Below, in pieces: positions 20,673-31,230 of a DNA stretch of 64,000 nucleotides. This DNA is from an uncultured delta proteobacterium. GTDB lineage: Bacteria > Myxococcota_A > Polyangia > Polyangiales > Polyangiaceae. The number at the start of each line of letters is the position of its first letter. The stretch's first letter is position 1. The notes beneath the pieces were generated by a model. That model ran no database searches, was not told the origin of the DNA, and was given only the letters and a program-made list of their open reading frames with translations. The stretch is taken from contig CAWAIF010000003.1 of the NCBI GenBank assembly GCA_963782055.1, positions 6,016,001 to 6,080,000 of the forward strand, given 5' to 3'. The position numbers were made by a program, and so were the translations under genes.

Positions 20673-21995
20673 TTACTTCGGCGGTTCGGGCGGGAGGTAA
20701 TCGAGGAACGCCGCCGTCTGGTTGGGCACGCCGAAGGCCGCCGCGCAGCCGCTGAGGGACAGGCCGTTCGCGACGAAGCTGGACGCGGTGCCGGCCAGGT
20801 CCGGCTTGTTGACGACGGCGAGGTACTGCTTGCCGTAGCCCACGTAGTAGACCTTGCCGTCGGGGGCGAGCTTCGCCGCGGCGAGGCCGGTGCCGCCGAG
20901 CTTCGTCTCGGTGCTCGTCAGGAGGTCGTACTGGTAGGCGATGCCGCTCCAGCCCTCCGTCCCGCGGACGTAGTAAAGCTTGGTGCCGTCCCCGGAGTAG
21001 GAGGCGTGGAAGCCCAGGTCGCCCGTCACGATCTTCTTCACGTTGCTCAGCTTGCCCGTGGCGCGGTCGATGTCGGCCGTCGCGATCGTGCCGGTGGCAC
21101 CGCCCTCGTTGACCGCGAGCACGACGTGATCGTAGTCGTACGAGTGGTTGATCGCCGAGCGCAGCACGGTGCCGGTGATGCCGGTCTGCGACACCACGGG
21201 CGTCGTGCTCACGCCGTTGGCGGTGACGAGGAAGGCGTCGACGGAGCCCGCCCCGTCGTAGCCGAGCACCCAGAAGTCCTTGCCGTCCGAGTGCGGGAGC
21301 ATGTCGAGCGCCTCGCCCACGTTGCCGGCGTGCAGGAGCTGGTTCTTCTGGGTGACGGTGCCGTGCGCGCCCTGGTTGAGGTCGATCGTCGAGTAGTAGA
21401 TGTTGCCCGTCGGCGACGAGTCGCTGGCGTAGTCGACGCTGAACACGTAGAAGGTGCCGCCGTTCTGGCTCTGCTTCGGCGTGATGAGCGCGGGCTCGCT
21501 CGCGCTCGGCTGGCCGTTCACGCCGCCGCCGTTGGCGAGCAGGGTGTTGTCCACGCCGTTCCAGATGCTGATGCCGTCGGTGTAAAAGAGGAGGGTGCCG
21601 TCGGTCGGGTCGGTGAAGACCGCGGTGCCCTCGTTGCCGCTGGAGGTGGGCACGGGCGGCCCGCAGGTGACGACGGGTGTCCCCGGCTTGCGGAAGTCGA
21701 TGAGGGTGTCCTTGCCGTTGCCCGTCGGCTCGCCGGTGATGAACCAGACCTGCTCGAGCGTCAGGCTGCTCACCGGCTTCGCCGGGCCGGAGGCCTCGAC
21801 GGGCTGCGCGTCGCTCGGGTTGAACACGACGTCGTCGACCGTGCCGCCGTCGCCGGGCGGGATGCTCCCGTCGTCCCCGGGGGTGGTTCCGCCGTCGAAG
21901 GTGCTCTGGTCGTCGGAGCTGCCGCAGCTCAGCGCCGCGAAGGAAGCGCCCAGGCCCACCACCACCACGCTCGCAACAAAGGTCCAGCGTCTCAT
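20673..21995 (-). CDS. Lipoprotein with beta-propeller-like domain
   Basis: LSCG lipobox; EGTAVFTD..G.LLFYTDG, LAPDGKVY, GVPN motifs. Confidence 0.75.
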   Translation of the reverse strand: MRRWTFVASVVVVGLGASFAALSCGSSDDQSTFDGGTTPGDDGSIPPGDGGTVDDVVFNPSDAQPVEASGPAKPVSSLTLEQVWFITGEPTGNGKDTLIDFRKPGTPVVTCGPPVPTSSGNEGTAVFTDPTDGTLLFYTDGISIWNGVDNTLLANGGGVNGQPSASEPALITPKQSQNGGTFYVFSVDYASDSSPTGNIYYSTIDLNQGAHGTVTQKNQLLHAGNVGEALDMLPHSDGKDFWVLGYDGAGSVDAFLVTANGVSTTPVVSQTGITGTVLRSAINHSYDYDHVVLAVNEGGATGTIATADIDRATGKLSNVKKIVTGDLGFHASYSGDGTKLYYVRGTEGWSGIAYQYDLLTSTETKLGGTGLAAAKLAPDGKVYYVGYGKQYLAVVNKPDLAGTASSFVANGLSLSGCAAAFGVPNQTAAFLDYLPPEPPK

Positions 21996-22134
21996 CGTCA
22001 CCCCGCCAGTTGAGCCTCGAGGTTAGCACCCGACCTGTGGCGTGTCGCGGCCGCCCCAGAAGACGCGTGTGGGGGAACGTGGGTGTCACCCGGCCGCCAT
22101 GAAGGCGTCACCCTCGCGCCCCCGGCGGGGTAGA

Positions 22135-23652
22135 GTGCGAGGTCTGGTGCTTCGCGAGCTTGGCCTGCTCTTCCTGGTCGCGTGCGGGAGTCAGGGGTTC
22201 GGTCCCCCCGACGCCTCGCCGTCCGACGACGCCGGCGACGCCGCGAGCGACGCGGGCCCGACATGTCCGGCGGGGCAGGCCTTCTGCGGCGGCGCCTGCA
22301 TCGACGTGACGGCCGACGACGCCAACTGCGGCGGCTGCGGCGTGACGTGCGCCGGCGCCCAGCACTGCGGCGGCGGCGCCTGCCGCGCGTCGAACATCCA
22401 GCACGTGGTGCTCATCGTGCAGGAGAACCACACCTTCGACGCGTACTTCGGCCGCTTCTGCCAGGCGCCCGCGGGCTCCAACCCCACCTGCACGAGCGGG
22501 CCGTCGTGCTGCGAGCGCGCCCCCGACAAGGAGCCCGGCGGGGCCTCGCCCGTCGCCCTCGACGACTCGTCCAACTTCGCCAAGGACCGCGATCACCAGC
22601 AGGCCTGCGAGCTGCAGCAGATCGACGACGGGAAGATGGACCGCTTCGTCACCGGGAGCACCGGCTCCGACACCTGCCTCGGGTCGGGCCCCGCGTGCGC
22701 GAGCGCGGACAACTTCGCCCTCGCCGACGCGAGCACCGTCGGTGGCTACTGGTTCATGGCCGACAACGGAGCCCTCGCCGACCGGTACTTCCAGCCCATC
22801 GCCGGGAGCTCCTCGTCGAACGACATGTACTTCGCGACCGCCCACTACCAGTTCACCGACAACGAGGCGATGCCGGAGGCGATCGGCTCGCCGGTGGGCT
22901 GCACGCAGGGCGTGTGCGTCACCGGAAAGCCCACGACGTTCTCCGGCCGGACGACCATCGCCGACCTGCTCCTCGCCGCGGGCAAGACCTTCACCGTCTA
23001 CGCCGACGGCTTCGCCCACTCCGCCGCCGCCGCGCCCTCGTGCGAGAGCGTCCCGCCCGACTGCACCTACAACACGATCCTGCACCCCATCGCCGCGCAG
23101 GCCTGCAAGTACGACGCCTCCGACATCCCCTTCGCGTACTACACGCAGTTCGCCGACGGCCCGCACATCGTCGACTACGGCCAGCTCGCCGAGGACGTGA
23201 CGAAGGGCGCGCTGCCGAGCTTCGCGTACGTCAAGGCGCGCGGCTTCCACAACGAGCACCCAAACGTCTCCACCATCAGCGACGGCATCGCCTTCGTCGA
23301 CGCCACCGTGAAGACCATCGAGAGCTCATCGTACGCGAGCTCGACGCTCGTCCTGCTCACCTGGGACGAGGGCGGAGGCTTCTTCGACCACGTCGCGCCG
23401 CCGCCCGCCATCGACACCGACGACGCGTCGAAGCCCGTCCCGTATGGCACGCGCGTCCCCCTGATCGCCATCGGCCCCTTCGCGAGGAAGGGCGCGGTCT
23501 CGCACGTCACGATGGAGCACTCGTCGGTCGTGCGCTTCCTCGAGTACAACTTCCTCGGCCCCGTCGGGCAGCTCGACCACGACGACGCGAAGGTCGCCAA
23601 CCTCGGTAGCCTGCTCGACCCGACGAAGACCGGGGTCCCCATCCCCGAGTAG
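22135..23652 (+). CDS. Phosphoesterase / phospholipase C-family lipoprotein with N-terminal Cys-rich repeat
   Basis: LVACG; CIDVTADDANCGGCG; IVQENHTFDAYFG; TWDEGGGFFDHVAPP; GTRVP; EHSS. Start codon uncertain. Confidence 0.9.
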   Translation: MRGLVLRELGLLFLVACGSQGFGPPDASPSDDAGDAASDAGPTCPAGQAFCGGACIDVTADDANCGGCGVTCAGAQHCGGGACRASNIQHVVLIVQENHTFDAYFGRFCQAPAGSNPTCTSGPSCCERAPDKEPGGASPVALDDSSNFAKDRDHQQACELQQIDDGKMDRFVTGSTGSDTCLGSGPACASADNFALADASTVGGYWFMADNGALADRYFQPIAGSSSSNDMYFATAHYQFTDNEAMPEAIGSPVGCTQGVCVTGKPTTFSGRTTIADLLLAAGKTFTVYADGFAHSAAAAPSCESVPPDCTYNTILHPIAAQACKYDASDIPFAYYTQFADGPHIVDYGQLAEDVTKGALPSFAYVKARGFHNEHPNVSTISDGIAFVDATVKTIESSSYASSTLVLLTWDEGGGFFDHVAPPPAIDTDDASKPVPYGTRVPLIAIGPFARKGAVSHVTMEHSSVVRFLEYNFLGPVGQLDHDDAKVANLGSLLDPTKTGVPIPE

Positions 23653-23686
23653 CTCCACGCCCGCCGCGAAGGCCGGGCATCCCCGT

Positions 23687-24460
23687 TCACTTCGGGACGG
23701 GGGGATCACCACCGTGTTGATCGGCTGCACGCTCGCGCCCGCCGGGTAGGCGTAGCTCACGGCTTCGGAGAAGAAGCCGGTCGAGGCGTTCGACCCCCAG
23801 CCCCACACCGTCAGGCCGAAGGTCGCGTCGCTGTGCACCTCGTGGCGGCCGTTGTCGCAGCCGTTGACCTTCTGGAAGTTGCCCGTCACCAGGTCCACGC
23901 GGGTGTACTCGTACTGCCCGCTGCCGCCGACGGGCTGCCAGCCCTTGAGCACGCCCGCGCAGTCCAGCGTCACGTCGTGGAACTGGGCGTCGTTCCCCTT
24001 GCGCCGCACGAAGACCAGGTTGGTCTCGGGGTACGTCGGGTCGGTGAAGAAGATGTACGAGGCGAGGTACTGCTCCGGCGGGATGACGTCGACGAACTCG
24101 GGGTCCCCCGCGCAGCCGACGGGAGAGCCGTAGTTGCCCGGCAGGGTGAAGCAGCCGGTCATGTGGCCCCCGAGGAAGAAGGGGTGCTTGTCGTCCTGGC
24201 TCTTCACGACGAAGGGCGGGCCGGCCGCGTCGAACTCCACCACCTGCCCGCTGTCGATGGTGGCGGGCGCGCCGGCCACCTGCGGATCGTAGGTGAGCTT
24301 GGTGCCGTCCACCGCGCCGACGATGCGCCACGGCGGCGACTCCGGGTTGCCCTTCAGGCGATCGCGGTAGTGCGCGGCGACGTACTCGTGGCCCAGCGCC
24401 TTCACCGGCGGGATCTCCTGGTGCATGCCGTCGCACGCCGGCTGCTCCAGGTTGGTGCAG
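23687..24460 (-). pseudogene. 5'-truncated IgGFc-binding domain gene remnant
   Basis: ACDGMHQEIPPVKALGHEY, GDPEFV..PPEQY, FGLTVWGW, SYAYPAG. No N-terminal half or signal peptide. One C is missing at 23699-23704 relative to an IPPVPK* end. Confidence 0.7.
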
Positions 24461-24482
24461 CGTAGCAGCTCGGGGCGCCGGA

Positions 24483-26933
24483 TCAGGCGCGCTTTCGGCG
24501 GACGAGCGCCAGCCCGAGCACGGCGGCGAGCGGAAGGAGCAGGTCGCCCGGCCCGCCCCCGGCGGCCGAGCACGCGCCCTTGGCGGAGGGCGTGTAGTTC
24601 GCCGACCAGGCATCGGTCGCGATGGGGATGGTCACCGGCTGCACGACGTTCTGCCCATCGAAACTCGCGCCGAGCGTGAGGGCCTTGCCGCCGAGGCCCG
24701 GCGGAAGTGTCACGCGGAAGGTGAAGAGGCCCGGCGCGACGCCACGCGTCATCACGGGCGCGGGGACCACCGGCCTCCCCAGCACCGTCGCGATGGGCTG
24801 CAGGCGGGAGATGTCGAAGAGGGCGGCGCGCTTGCCCTCGGCGGATCGCAGCTCGAGGATCGCGGTGAGGGGCGTCGAGCCGTCGGCGGTCGCGTAGTCC
24901 GCGCTGAGGGTGAGCCAGCTCGCGTCGGGGCTGGGGAGCGCCAGCGCGGGATCATGCATCTCGTCCAGGGCATCGAGCGCGCCCAGGCCGTCCAGCTCGC
25001 CCACCCCCGCCTGATCGTAGAACGGCGCCGGCCCCCGGAAGCGGTGCGCGCCCGTCTGCAGGAGCGCGCGCAGCTCGTCCTCGGTGAGGGTGGGGTCCTG
25101 CTGGAAGAGGAGCGCGATGACGCCGGCCACCATCGGCGACGACATGGACGTGCCCTGCGCGACGGCGTGGCGGTCGTCCACCTGCAGGCACCGGGGGTCG
25201 ACCTTCCCGGTGCTCTTGCTCGGGGGGCACTGCGTCGTGAAGATGCTGGTCGGCTCGCCCGGCAGCGCCTTCTGGCTCATCGCACCGATCACCGCCGCGC
25301 CGGGCGCCACGATGTCCGGCTTGGGCACGCCCAGCACGTTCGGCCCGGCGCTGGAGAAGTAGCAGATCTCGCCCGACGTCAGCAGCACGCGCTTGGTGGG
25401 ATCGCTGGGGTCGGCGGGGCCACCGCCCACGTCGTCGAGCACCGGCTCGGTGAGCGCGACGGTCTGCCCGGCCTGCGACTTCCAGCTGGGGCTGTTGACC
25501 GAGCAGCCCACCCCGATGATCCCGGGCGCGGTGGCGGGCAGGTTGATGGTGCCCTCGCGCACCGCCGCGGAGAAGTGCGCAGGTGTCTGGCCCTCCAGCG
25601 CCGCGTCGCCGGTGCCCTGCAGGTAGAGCTCGGCGATGCCGTGCCCGGAGAGCGTGACGGCGTAGGTGCCCGCCGGCCACTTGCCCGACCAGAGGACCAC
25701 CGCCCCCCGCGAGCCCTCGGGGACGGGGCTGCCGGAGAGGCCGCTGCCGTAGATGACGCCCGCGTTGTAGCCGTCGCCGTTCTTCCCCTGCTCGTTGCCC
25801 TCCGAGACGGGGCCGATCCACGAGCCGTCGGGGCCATCCAGGCCGATGTTCATGTCCGCCCCGGGCCTCAGCGCGACCCAGATCTGGACCGCGCCGCTCT
25901 GCGCGCCGTAGGTGGTGACCGGGACGCGCACCACCGGACCGTCGGTGACGTGCACGCTCTGGTGGATGGGCGTGTCGAGGATGGATCCGCTGTTGCCCGC
26001 CGCGGCCACCAGCGCGTGACCGGGGTGGTCGGGGCCGACGTACGAGGCCAGCGTCTGCTCCCAGAGCGAGTTGCCGTCGTGGGAGCCGAAGTCGGTGCCC
26101 AGCGAGAAGTTGGCGACGACCGGCATGCCCATGGCGTCGCCGCGGTCGAAGATGAACTGCGCGCCGCGCAAGGAGTCGTCGTTCTCGATGGTGCCGGAGG
26201 CGTCGCGCGTGACGCGGACGATGATGAGGCCTGCGTTCGGCGCCATGCCGATGTAGGGCGTGCCGCCGCCGTTGCCCGCGGCGATGGAGGCCACGTGCGT
26301 GCCGTGGCCGTTGTCGTCCTCCGGGAGCACGTCGCCCGTGGACATCAGCTCGTCGATGTCCGCGCCGGTGAGCACCGCGCCCTTCTGCAGCACCCCGTTC
26401 TGGTCCTTGACGCCGTACTTGTCCTCCAGCTCGGGGTGCTTGCCGAGCGGCTTCATCGAGAGGTCCAGCATCCACGCGACGCGCGACTTGTTCGTCACCG
26501 GATCGCGGAAGTCGGGGAGCGTGGGGTCGAGGCCGGTGTCGGCGATGCCCACCAGCGTGCCCGCGCCGTCCGCGCCGCGCTGCTTGCGCGCGATGTCCAC
26601 GTGCGTCCACTTCTGCGCGAAGAGCAGCAGCGTGTGCAGCGGCGGCGACACCTCCACCTGCAGGTCGGGGTGCGCCGCGCCGAAGGCGACGACCGTCTGC
26701 GGATCCCCCCGCAGCCGGCCGATGCCCGGGGCCACCGCGTCCAGCCCCAGGTCGGCGGCGTGCGTCCCCGCCGGCAGCTTCACCAGCGCGCCGATCTGCC
26801 CGGAGACCGGGGCGAAGGCCTCCCTCGCGTGGGAGCCCATCAGCCGGACCATGGCGACCCCGCCCGGAGGCTGCGCCGCGGCGACGGCCGGGAGCGCCAT
26901 CACCATGGCCGTGAGGGCGAGCAGGCGTCGCAT
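24483..26933 (-). CDS. S8 subtilisin-like serine protease with MYXO-CTERM-like tail
   Basis: IADTG, HGTHVASIAAG, AAAGNSG, KPDIVAPG, GTSMSSP; tail GACSAAG..LGLALVRRKRA. Confidence 0.93.
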   Translation of the reverse strand: MRRLLALTAMVMALPAVAAAQPPGGVAMVRLMGSHAREAFAPVSGQIGALVKLPAGTHAADLGLDAVAPGIGRLRGDPQTVVAFGAAHPDLQVEVSPPLHTLLLFAQKWTHVDIARKQRGADGAGTLVGIADTGLDPTLPDFRDPVTNKSRVAWMLDLSMKPLGKHPELEDKYGVKDQNGVLQKGAVLTGADIDELMSTGDVLPEDDNGHGTHVASIAAGNGGGTPYIGMAPNAGLIIVRVTRDASGTIENDDSLRGAQFIFDRGDAMGMPVVANFSLGTDFGSHDGNSLWEQTLASYVGPDHPGHALVAAAGNSGSILDTPIHQSVHVTDGPVVRVPVTTYGAQSGAVQIWVALRPGADMNIGLDGPDGSWIGPVSEGNEQGKNGDGYNAGVIYGSGLSGSPVPEGSRGAVVLWSGKWPAGTYAVTLSGHGIAELYLQGTGDAALEGQTPAHFSAAVREGTINLPATAPGIIGVGCSVNSPSWKSQAGQTVALTEPVLDDVGGGPADPSDPTKRVLLTSGEICYFSSAGPNVLGVPKPDIVAPGAAVIGAMSQKALPGEPTSIFTTQCPPSKSTGKVDPRCLQVDDRHAVAQGTSMSSPMVAGVIALLFQQDPTLTEDELRALLQTGAHRFRGPAPFYDQAGVGELDGLGALDALDEMHDPALALPSPDASWLTLSADYATADGSTPLTAILELRSAEGKRAALFDISRLQPIATVLGRPVVPAPVMTRGVAPGLFTFRVTLPPGLGGKALTLGASFDGQNVVQPVTIPIATDAWSANYTPSAKGACSAAGGGPGDLLLPLAAVLGLALVRRKRA

Positions 26934-27053
26934 CCGCCGGAGCATACCCCACCCGTCGCCGGGGCGGCACGCGCGCCCCCACCCCAGCGAGGTGAATTCA
27001 CCCACCTTCCCTCGGCCTGCGGCCTCGGCCGGCGGCGTTCTTCGCCCGGAGAC

Positions 27054-28496
27054 TTGCCATCGTGGGGTGCCTCGGCCAGCCTTTGCGGTCTGACCCTCCC
27101 TGCGAGCGTTTCCATCACTGTGTCGGTCGTGGGGGTGCTCTTCGCTCTCCTCACGCTCGGCCTTTCCGTCGGCCCGGGGTGGCGCGAGCTGCGCTCGTTC
27201 GCCCTCTGCGCGGGGCTCGGGGCGCTCTTCTCCGTGTCCAACGTGCTGGTGACGCTGCACCCGCCGGCGGCGGTCACCCTCCTTCTCTCGCACGCGTCCA
27301 TCGCCGTCGCTGGCCTGCACGGGAGCGCGTGGTTCGCCTACTCGGCACGGCAGGATGACCGCCGTCTGGTGGGCTGGGAGCGCGTGCTGGTGGGCGGCGC
27401 GCTGGTGCTGTCGGTCGTGGCGCTGATCCCCGGCGTCCTCGTCGGCGACCATGTGCGCTCGCGCGCGGTCCCCGCGCTGGGCGTCGTCTACCGTGACGGC
27501 GAGCCCACCGGCCTCGGCGTCGTGTGCTTCGCGTACTTCACCGGCGCGCTCGTCATCCTCATCGCACGCTACGCGCGCAAGTGGCGCGCCGGCGAGCGCG
27601 GGGCGGCCTCCCACGTGGTGGGCCTGTCCGCGCTCACCCTCGGGGGCCTGCTGGACAGCCTGGCGATGGAGGGCTTCTCGCCGCTCCCCTACCTCCTGGA
27701 CTTCGGCTTCCTCATCCTCGTCGTGGCGGTTGGCTCGTCGCTGGTCTCGCGCTTCGTCCGCGCGGCGCGCGCGCTGGAGGACTCCTCGCGGCAGCTCTCC
27801 GACACGCAGGCCGAGCTGGTGCGCCGCGAGCGCCTCGCCGCGCTCGGCGAGATGGCGGCCGTCGTCGCCCACGAGGTCCGCAACCCCGTGGGCGTCATCT
27901 TCAACGCGATCGCGTCGCTCAAGCGCCTCCCGCCCAGCTCCGCGGGCGCCGGCGATCTGCTGCACATCGTCGAGGAGGAGGCCGAGCGCCTCAAGCACAT
28001 GGTCTCCGAGCTGCTGGAGTTCGCCCGACCACGCGCGCTGCGGCTGCGCGCCGCGTCGCTGGAGTCGCTCCTGGCCGGCGCCGTCGAGGCCGCGCAGTAC
28101 GGCAACCACGACCCGGAGGTGGAGGGGGTGCAGATGTCGGTGGAGGGGGAGTCGCCGGCGATCGTCTGCGACGAGCAGCTCGTGCGGCAGGCGGTGATCA
28201 ACCTGGTCACCAACGCGTTGGAGGCGCCGCACCGCCGGAGCCCGGTGCGCGTGTGCGCGAAGGCGGAGGGCGCGCAGGTGGAGATCGCGGTCATCGACGA
28301 CGGCGATGGCGTGCCGCGGGAGATCGCCGACCGCATCTTCGTCCCCTTCTTCACCACCCGCCCGACGGGCACCGGCCTGGGCCTGCCGCTGGTGCAGCGG
28401 ATCGCCGAGGCGCACGGCGGCACGGTGGGCCTGCGGGCCACGCGAGGCGGGGGCGCGACCTTCGTGCTCTGCCTGCCGGTGCGCACCCGCGCCTGA
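27054..28496 (+). CDS. Membrane sensor histidine kinase (multi-TM N-terminus)
   Basis: About 7 TM helices; AHEVRNP, NLVTNA, DDGDG, FFTTR, GTGLGL. Start uncertain. Confidence 0.88.
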   Translation: MPSWGASASLCGLTLPASVSITVSVVGVLFALLTLGLSVGPGWRELRSFALCAGLGALFSVSNVLVTLHPPAAVTLLLSHASIAVAGLHGSAWFAYSARQDDRRLVGWERVLVGGALVLSVVALIPGVLVGDHVRSRAVPALGVVYRDGEPTGLGVVCFAYFTGALVILIARYARKWRAGERGAASHVVGLSALTLGGLLDSLAMEGFSPLPYLLDFGFLILVVAVGSSLVSRFVRAARALEDSSRQLSDTQAELVRRERLAALGEMAAVVAHEVRNPVGVIFNAIASLKRLPPSSAGAGDLLHIVEEEAERLKHMVSELLEFARPRALRLRAASLESLLAGAVEAAQYGNHDPEVEGVQMSVEGESPAIVCDEQLVRQAVINLVTNALEAPHRRSPVRVCAKAEGAQVEIAVIDDGDGVPREIADRIFVPFFTTRPTGTGLGLPLVQRIAEAHGGTVGLRATRGGGATFVLCLPVRTRA

Positions 28497-28534
28497 GAGC
28501 GACCCACGCGGGCCGACGTGCTACATCGCGCGGC

Positions 28535-29518
28535 GTGCGCGTCGTCCACGTCGACCCGGACCGGCCGGATCCGGCCGTCATCGCCCTCGCCGCGCGCGAG
28601 CTGCGGGAGGGCCGCCTCGTCGCCTTCCCCACCGAGACCGTCTACGGCCTCGGCGCGCGCGCGCTCGATCCGGAGGCGGTGGCGCGCGTCTTCGAGGCGA
28701 AGGGGCGGCCGCGCGCGCACCCGCTCATCGCGCACGTGCTCGGCGAGGACGACGCGCGCTCGCTGGCGCGACGGTGGCCGGATCGCGCCTCGACGCTCGC
28801 GCGCGCCTTCTGGCCCGGGCCGCTGACGCTGGTGGTGGCGCGGGCGGCGCGCGTGCCCGACGCCGTCACGGCGGGCGGCGACTCGGTGGCGGTGCGCGCG
28901 CCGTCACACGCGGTCGCGCGGGCGCTCATCGCCGCGCTGGGAGAGCCGGTGGTGGCGCCGAGCGCCAACCGCTACCAGAGCCTCTCGCCCACGCGCGCGG
29001 AGCACGTGGCGCAATCGTTGATGGGTCAGGAGATCCTGGTCCTGGACGCCGGGCCGTGCGAGCGCGGCATCGAGTCGACGGTGGTGGACGTACGCACGGG
29101 GCCCCCGCGCGTGCTGCGCTTCGGCGCGCTGGCGCTCGCCGACGTGGCGCGCGTGTGTCCGGACGCGGTGTCCGGCGTCGTCAGCGCGCCCGCCGGCGAG
29201 GTGCGACCCTCGCCCGGGATGGACGTGCGCCACTACGCGCCGCGGACCCGCATGACCGTCGCCCCGACGCGCGAGGAGGCGATCACCCGCGCGAAGGCCG
29301 CGACGGGCCGGGCGGCGATCCTCCTCTTCGGCGGCGAGCCCCCCGGGGGCGTGACCGCCCGCGTGCTGCCGCGCGATCCGGTCGCCGCGGGCCGGGAGCT
29401 CTACGCCGCCCTGCACGCGCTGGACGCGGCCGGGGTGGACGAGCTGATCGTGGAGCCACCGCCGGAGCACGAGGGCTGGGAGGCGATCCGGGACCGGCTG
29501 GCGAGGGCGAGCACCTGA
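28535..29518 (+). CDS. sua5: L-threonylcarbamoyladenylate synthase (Sua5 type)
   Basis: VAFPTETVYGLG, KGRP..HPLI, FWPGPLTL, APSAN, GIESTVVD, SPGM..HYAP plus SUA5 C-domain. Confidence 0.95.
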   Translation: MRVVHVDPDRPDPAVIALAARELREGRLVAFPTETVYGLGARALDPEAVARVFEAKGRPRAHPLIAHVLGEDDARSLARRWPDRASTLARAFWPGPLTLVVARAARVPDAVTAGGDSVAVRAPSHAVARALIAALGEPVVAPSANRYQSLSPTRAEHVAQSLMGQEILVLDAGPCERGIESTVVDVRTGPPRVLRFGALALADVARVCPDAVSGVVSAPAGEVRPSPGMDVRHYAPRTRMTVAPTREEAITRAKAATGRAAILLFGGEPPGGVTARVLPRDPVAAGRELYAALHALDAAGVDELIVEPPPEHEGWEAIRDRLARAST

Positions 29519-29576
29519 TCGGCCCGCGCCCGGCGTCCCTTGCCAGCCCGATCCTTTACCTCTATAGGACCTCGCC

Positions 29577-30338
29577 ATGGCCCTGAAGGACCGCGTCGCC
29601 CTGGTCACCGGCGGTGGGAAAGGCGTCGGCGCCGCCGTCGCCCTCCGGCTCGCCCTGGAGGGCGCAGAGGTCGCGGTCATGGGGCGCGACCGCGAGTCCC
29701 TCGAGGCTGTCGCCCGGGAGATCGACGGGCTCGTCCTCGTCGCCGACGTCACCGACCCCGCCGCCGTCGACGCCGCGCTCCTGCACCTGCGCGAGGAGCT
29801 GGGCGACGTCTCCGTCCTGGTGCAAAACGCCGGCATCGCCGACTCCGCCCCGCTCCTCGGCACCACCGACGAGATGTGGGACCGCACCATGGCCGTCAAC
29901 GTGACCGCGGCCTTCCGCCTCGCGCGGTCGCTCGTCCCGGCGATGGTCAAGACCGGCTGGGGCCGCGTGGTGCACGTCGCCTCCAACGCGGGGCTCACCG
30001 GCTACGCGTACACCTCGGCGTACTGCGCCTCCAAGCACGCCCTCGTCGGCCTCACGCGCGCCATGGCGGCGGAGCTCGCGCGCACCGGCGTCACGGTCAA
30101 CGCGGTGTGCCCCGGCTTCATCGACACCGACATGACCACCCGCGCCGTGGAGCGCATCGCGCACGCGACGAAGCGCACGCCGGCGGAGGCCCGCAAGGCG
30201 CTGGAGGATCTCAACCCGCAGAAGCGCCTCATCCACGTGGAGGAGGTCGCCCACGCGGTCGCCATGCTGTGCGCCGACGGCGCTCGCGGAATCAACGGAC
30301 AGGCAATTCCCATTGACGGTGGACAGGTGATGCGATGA
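29577..30338 (+). CDS. SDR oxidoreductase (3-hydroxyacyl-CoA dehydrogenase-like)
   Basis: TGGGKGVG, NAG, YCASK, VNAVCPG. Confidence 0.93.
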   Translation: MALKDRVALVTGGGKGVGAAVALRLALEGAEVAVMGRDRESLEAVAREIDGLVLVADVTDPAAVDAALLHLREELGDVSVLVQNAGIADSAPLLGTTDEMWDRTMAVNVTAAFRLARSLVPAMVKTGWGRVVHVASNAGLTGYAYTSAYCASKHALVGLTRAMAAELARTGVTVNAVCPGFIDTDMTTRAVERIAHATKRTPAEARKALEDLNPQKRLIHVEEVAHAVAMLCADGARGINGQAIPIDGGQVMR

Positions 30339-30730
30339 CCCAAGTGATCTCCCCGCCCGGCGCCCCGCGCCCCCGCGGTTACGCCGACGGCCTCCTCGCT
30401 CCGAGCGGCCGCATGCTCTTCATCTCCGGACAGATCGCGTGGGACAAGGACGCGCGCATCGTCAGCCCGGACTTCGGCGTGCAGTTCCTCGCCGCGCTGG
30501 ACAACGTGATCAACGTGGTCCGCGCCGCGGGCGGCGGCACCGAGCACATCGTCAAGCTGCTCGCCTTCGTCACCGACCTGGACGCCTACCGCGCCGCGCA
30601 GAAGGCCATCGGCGAGGGCTGGCGCGCGCGGATGGGCAAGTACTACCCCGCGATGAGCCTGGTGAAGGTCGCCGGGCTGCTCGAGCCCGGCGCGCTCGTC
30701 GAGATCGAGGGCGTGGCGGTCCTGCCGTGA
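30335..30730 (+). CDS. RidA/YjgF family protein
   Basis: LFISGQI, YYPAMSLV, LVEIEGVA. Confidence 0.92.
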   Translation: MTQVISPPGAPRPRGYADGLLAPSGRMLFISGQIAWDKDARIVSPDFGVQFLAALDNVINVVRAAGGGTEHIVKLLAFVTDLDAYRAAQKAIGEGWRARMGKYYPAMSLVKVAGLLEPGALVEIEGVAVLP

Positions 30731-31230
30731 CGGCGGTCGCGCGCAAGCGCGGCACCCAGCCCGCCCGGGTCGGGGGCGTGGACGCGCTGGAGGAGCACCG
30801 CCACGACCTGGACGTGAGCGTGTGGCTGCGCCTGCTGGAGTGCCACGGCCGCGTGCTGGGGGACCTGCGCCGCGCGCTGGAGGCGGACTGCACCCTCCCG
30901 CGCTTCGAGCTGCTCGTCAGCCTGGACCGGGAGGACGGGCAGACACTGGCGGGGCTCAGCCGCCGGCTGCTGGTGACCGCCGGCAACCTCACCGGCCTGG
31001 TCGACCGCGCGGTGCGCGACGGCGTGGTCGCCCGCCGGCCGGACCCGCGCGACCGCCGCCTGTCGCGCGTTCACCTCACCGCGAAGGGCCGCGCCCTGGT
31101 CCGCGCCCTGGTGCCCGCGCACGCGCGCCTCGTCTCCGCCGAGCTCTCCGGGCTGGAGGTCGGCGAGCGGCGAGACCTGCGGCGCCTGCTCGGCAAGCTG
31201 CGCGACTCCCTGCGAGAGAAGGAAGCATGA
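30727..31230 (+). CDS. MarR-family regulator of the aromatic-CoA operon
   Basis: VWLRLL..TLPRFELL..LLVTAGNLTGLVDR..DPRDRR..LTAKGR. Confidence 0.9.
   Translation: MTAVARKRGTQPARVGGVDALEEHRHDLDVSVWLRLLECHGRVLGDLRRALEADCTLPRFELLVSLDREDGQTLAGLSRRLLVTAGNLTGLVDRAVRDGVVARRPDPRDRRLSRVHLTAKGRALVRALVPAHARLVSAELSGLEVGERRDLRRLLGKLRDSLREKEA

Noticed and set aside
24483..28496. Apparent 1310-aa and 1180-aa overlapping giant ORFs
   Set aside because: Each is a real gene (protease, kinase) extended upstream through the antisense of the other.
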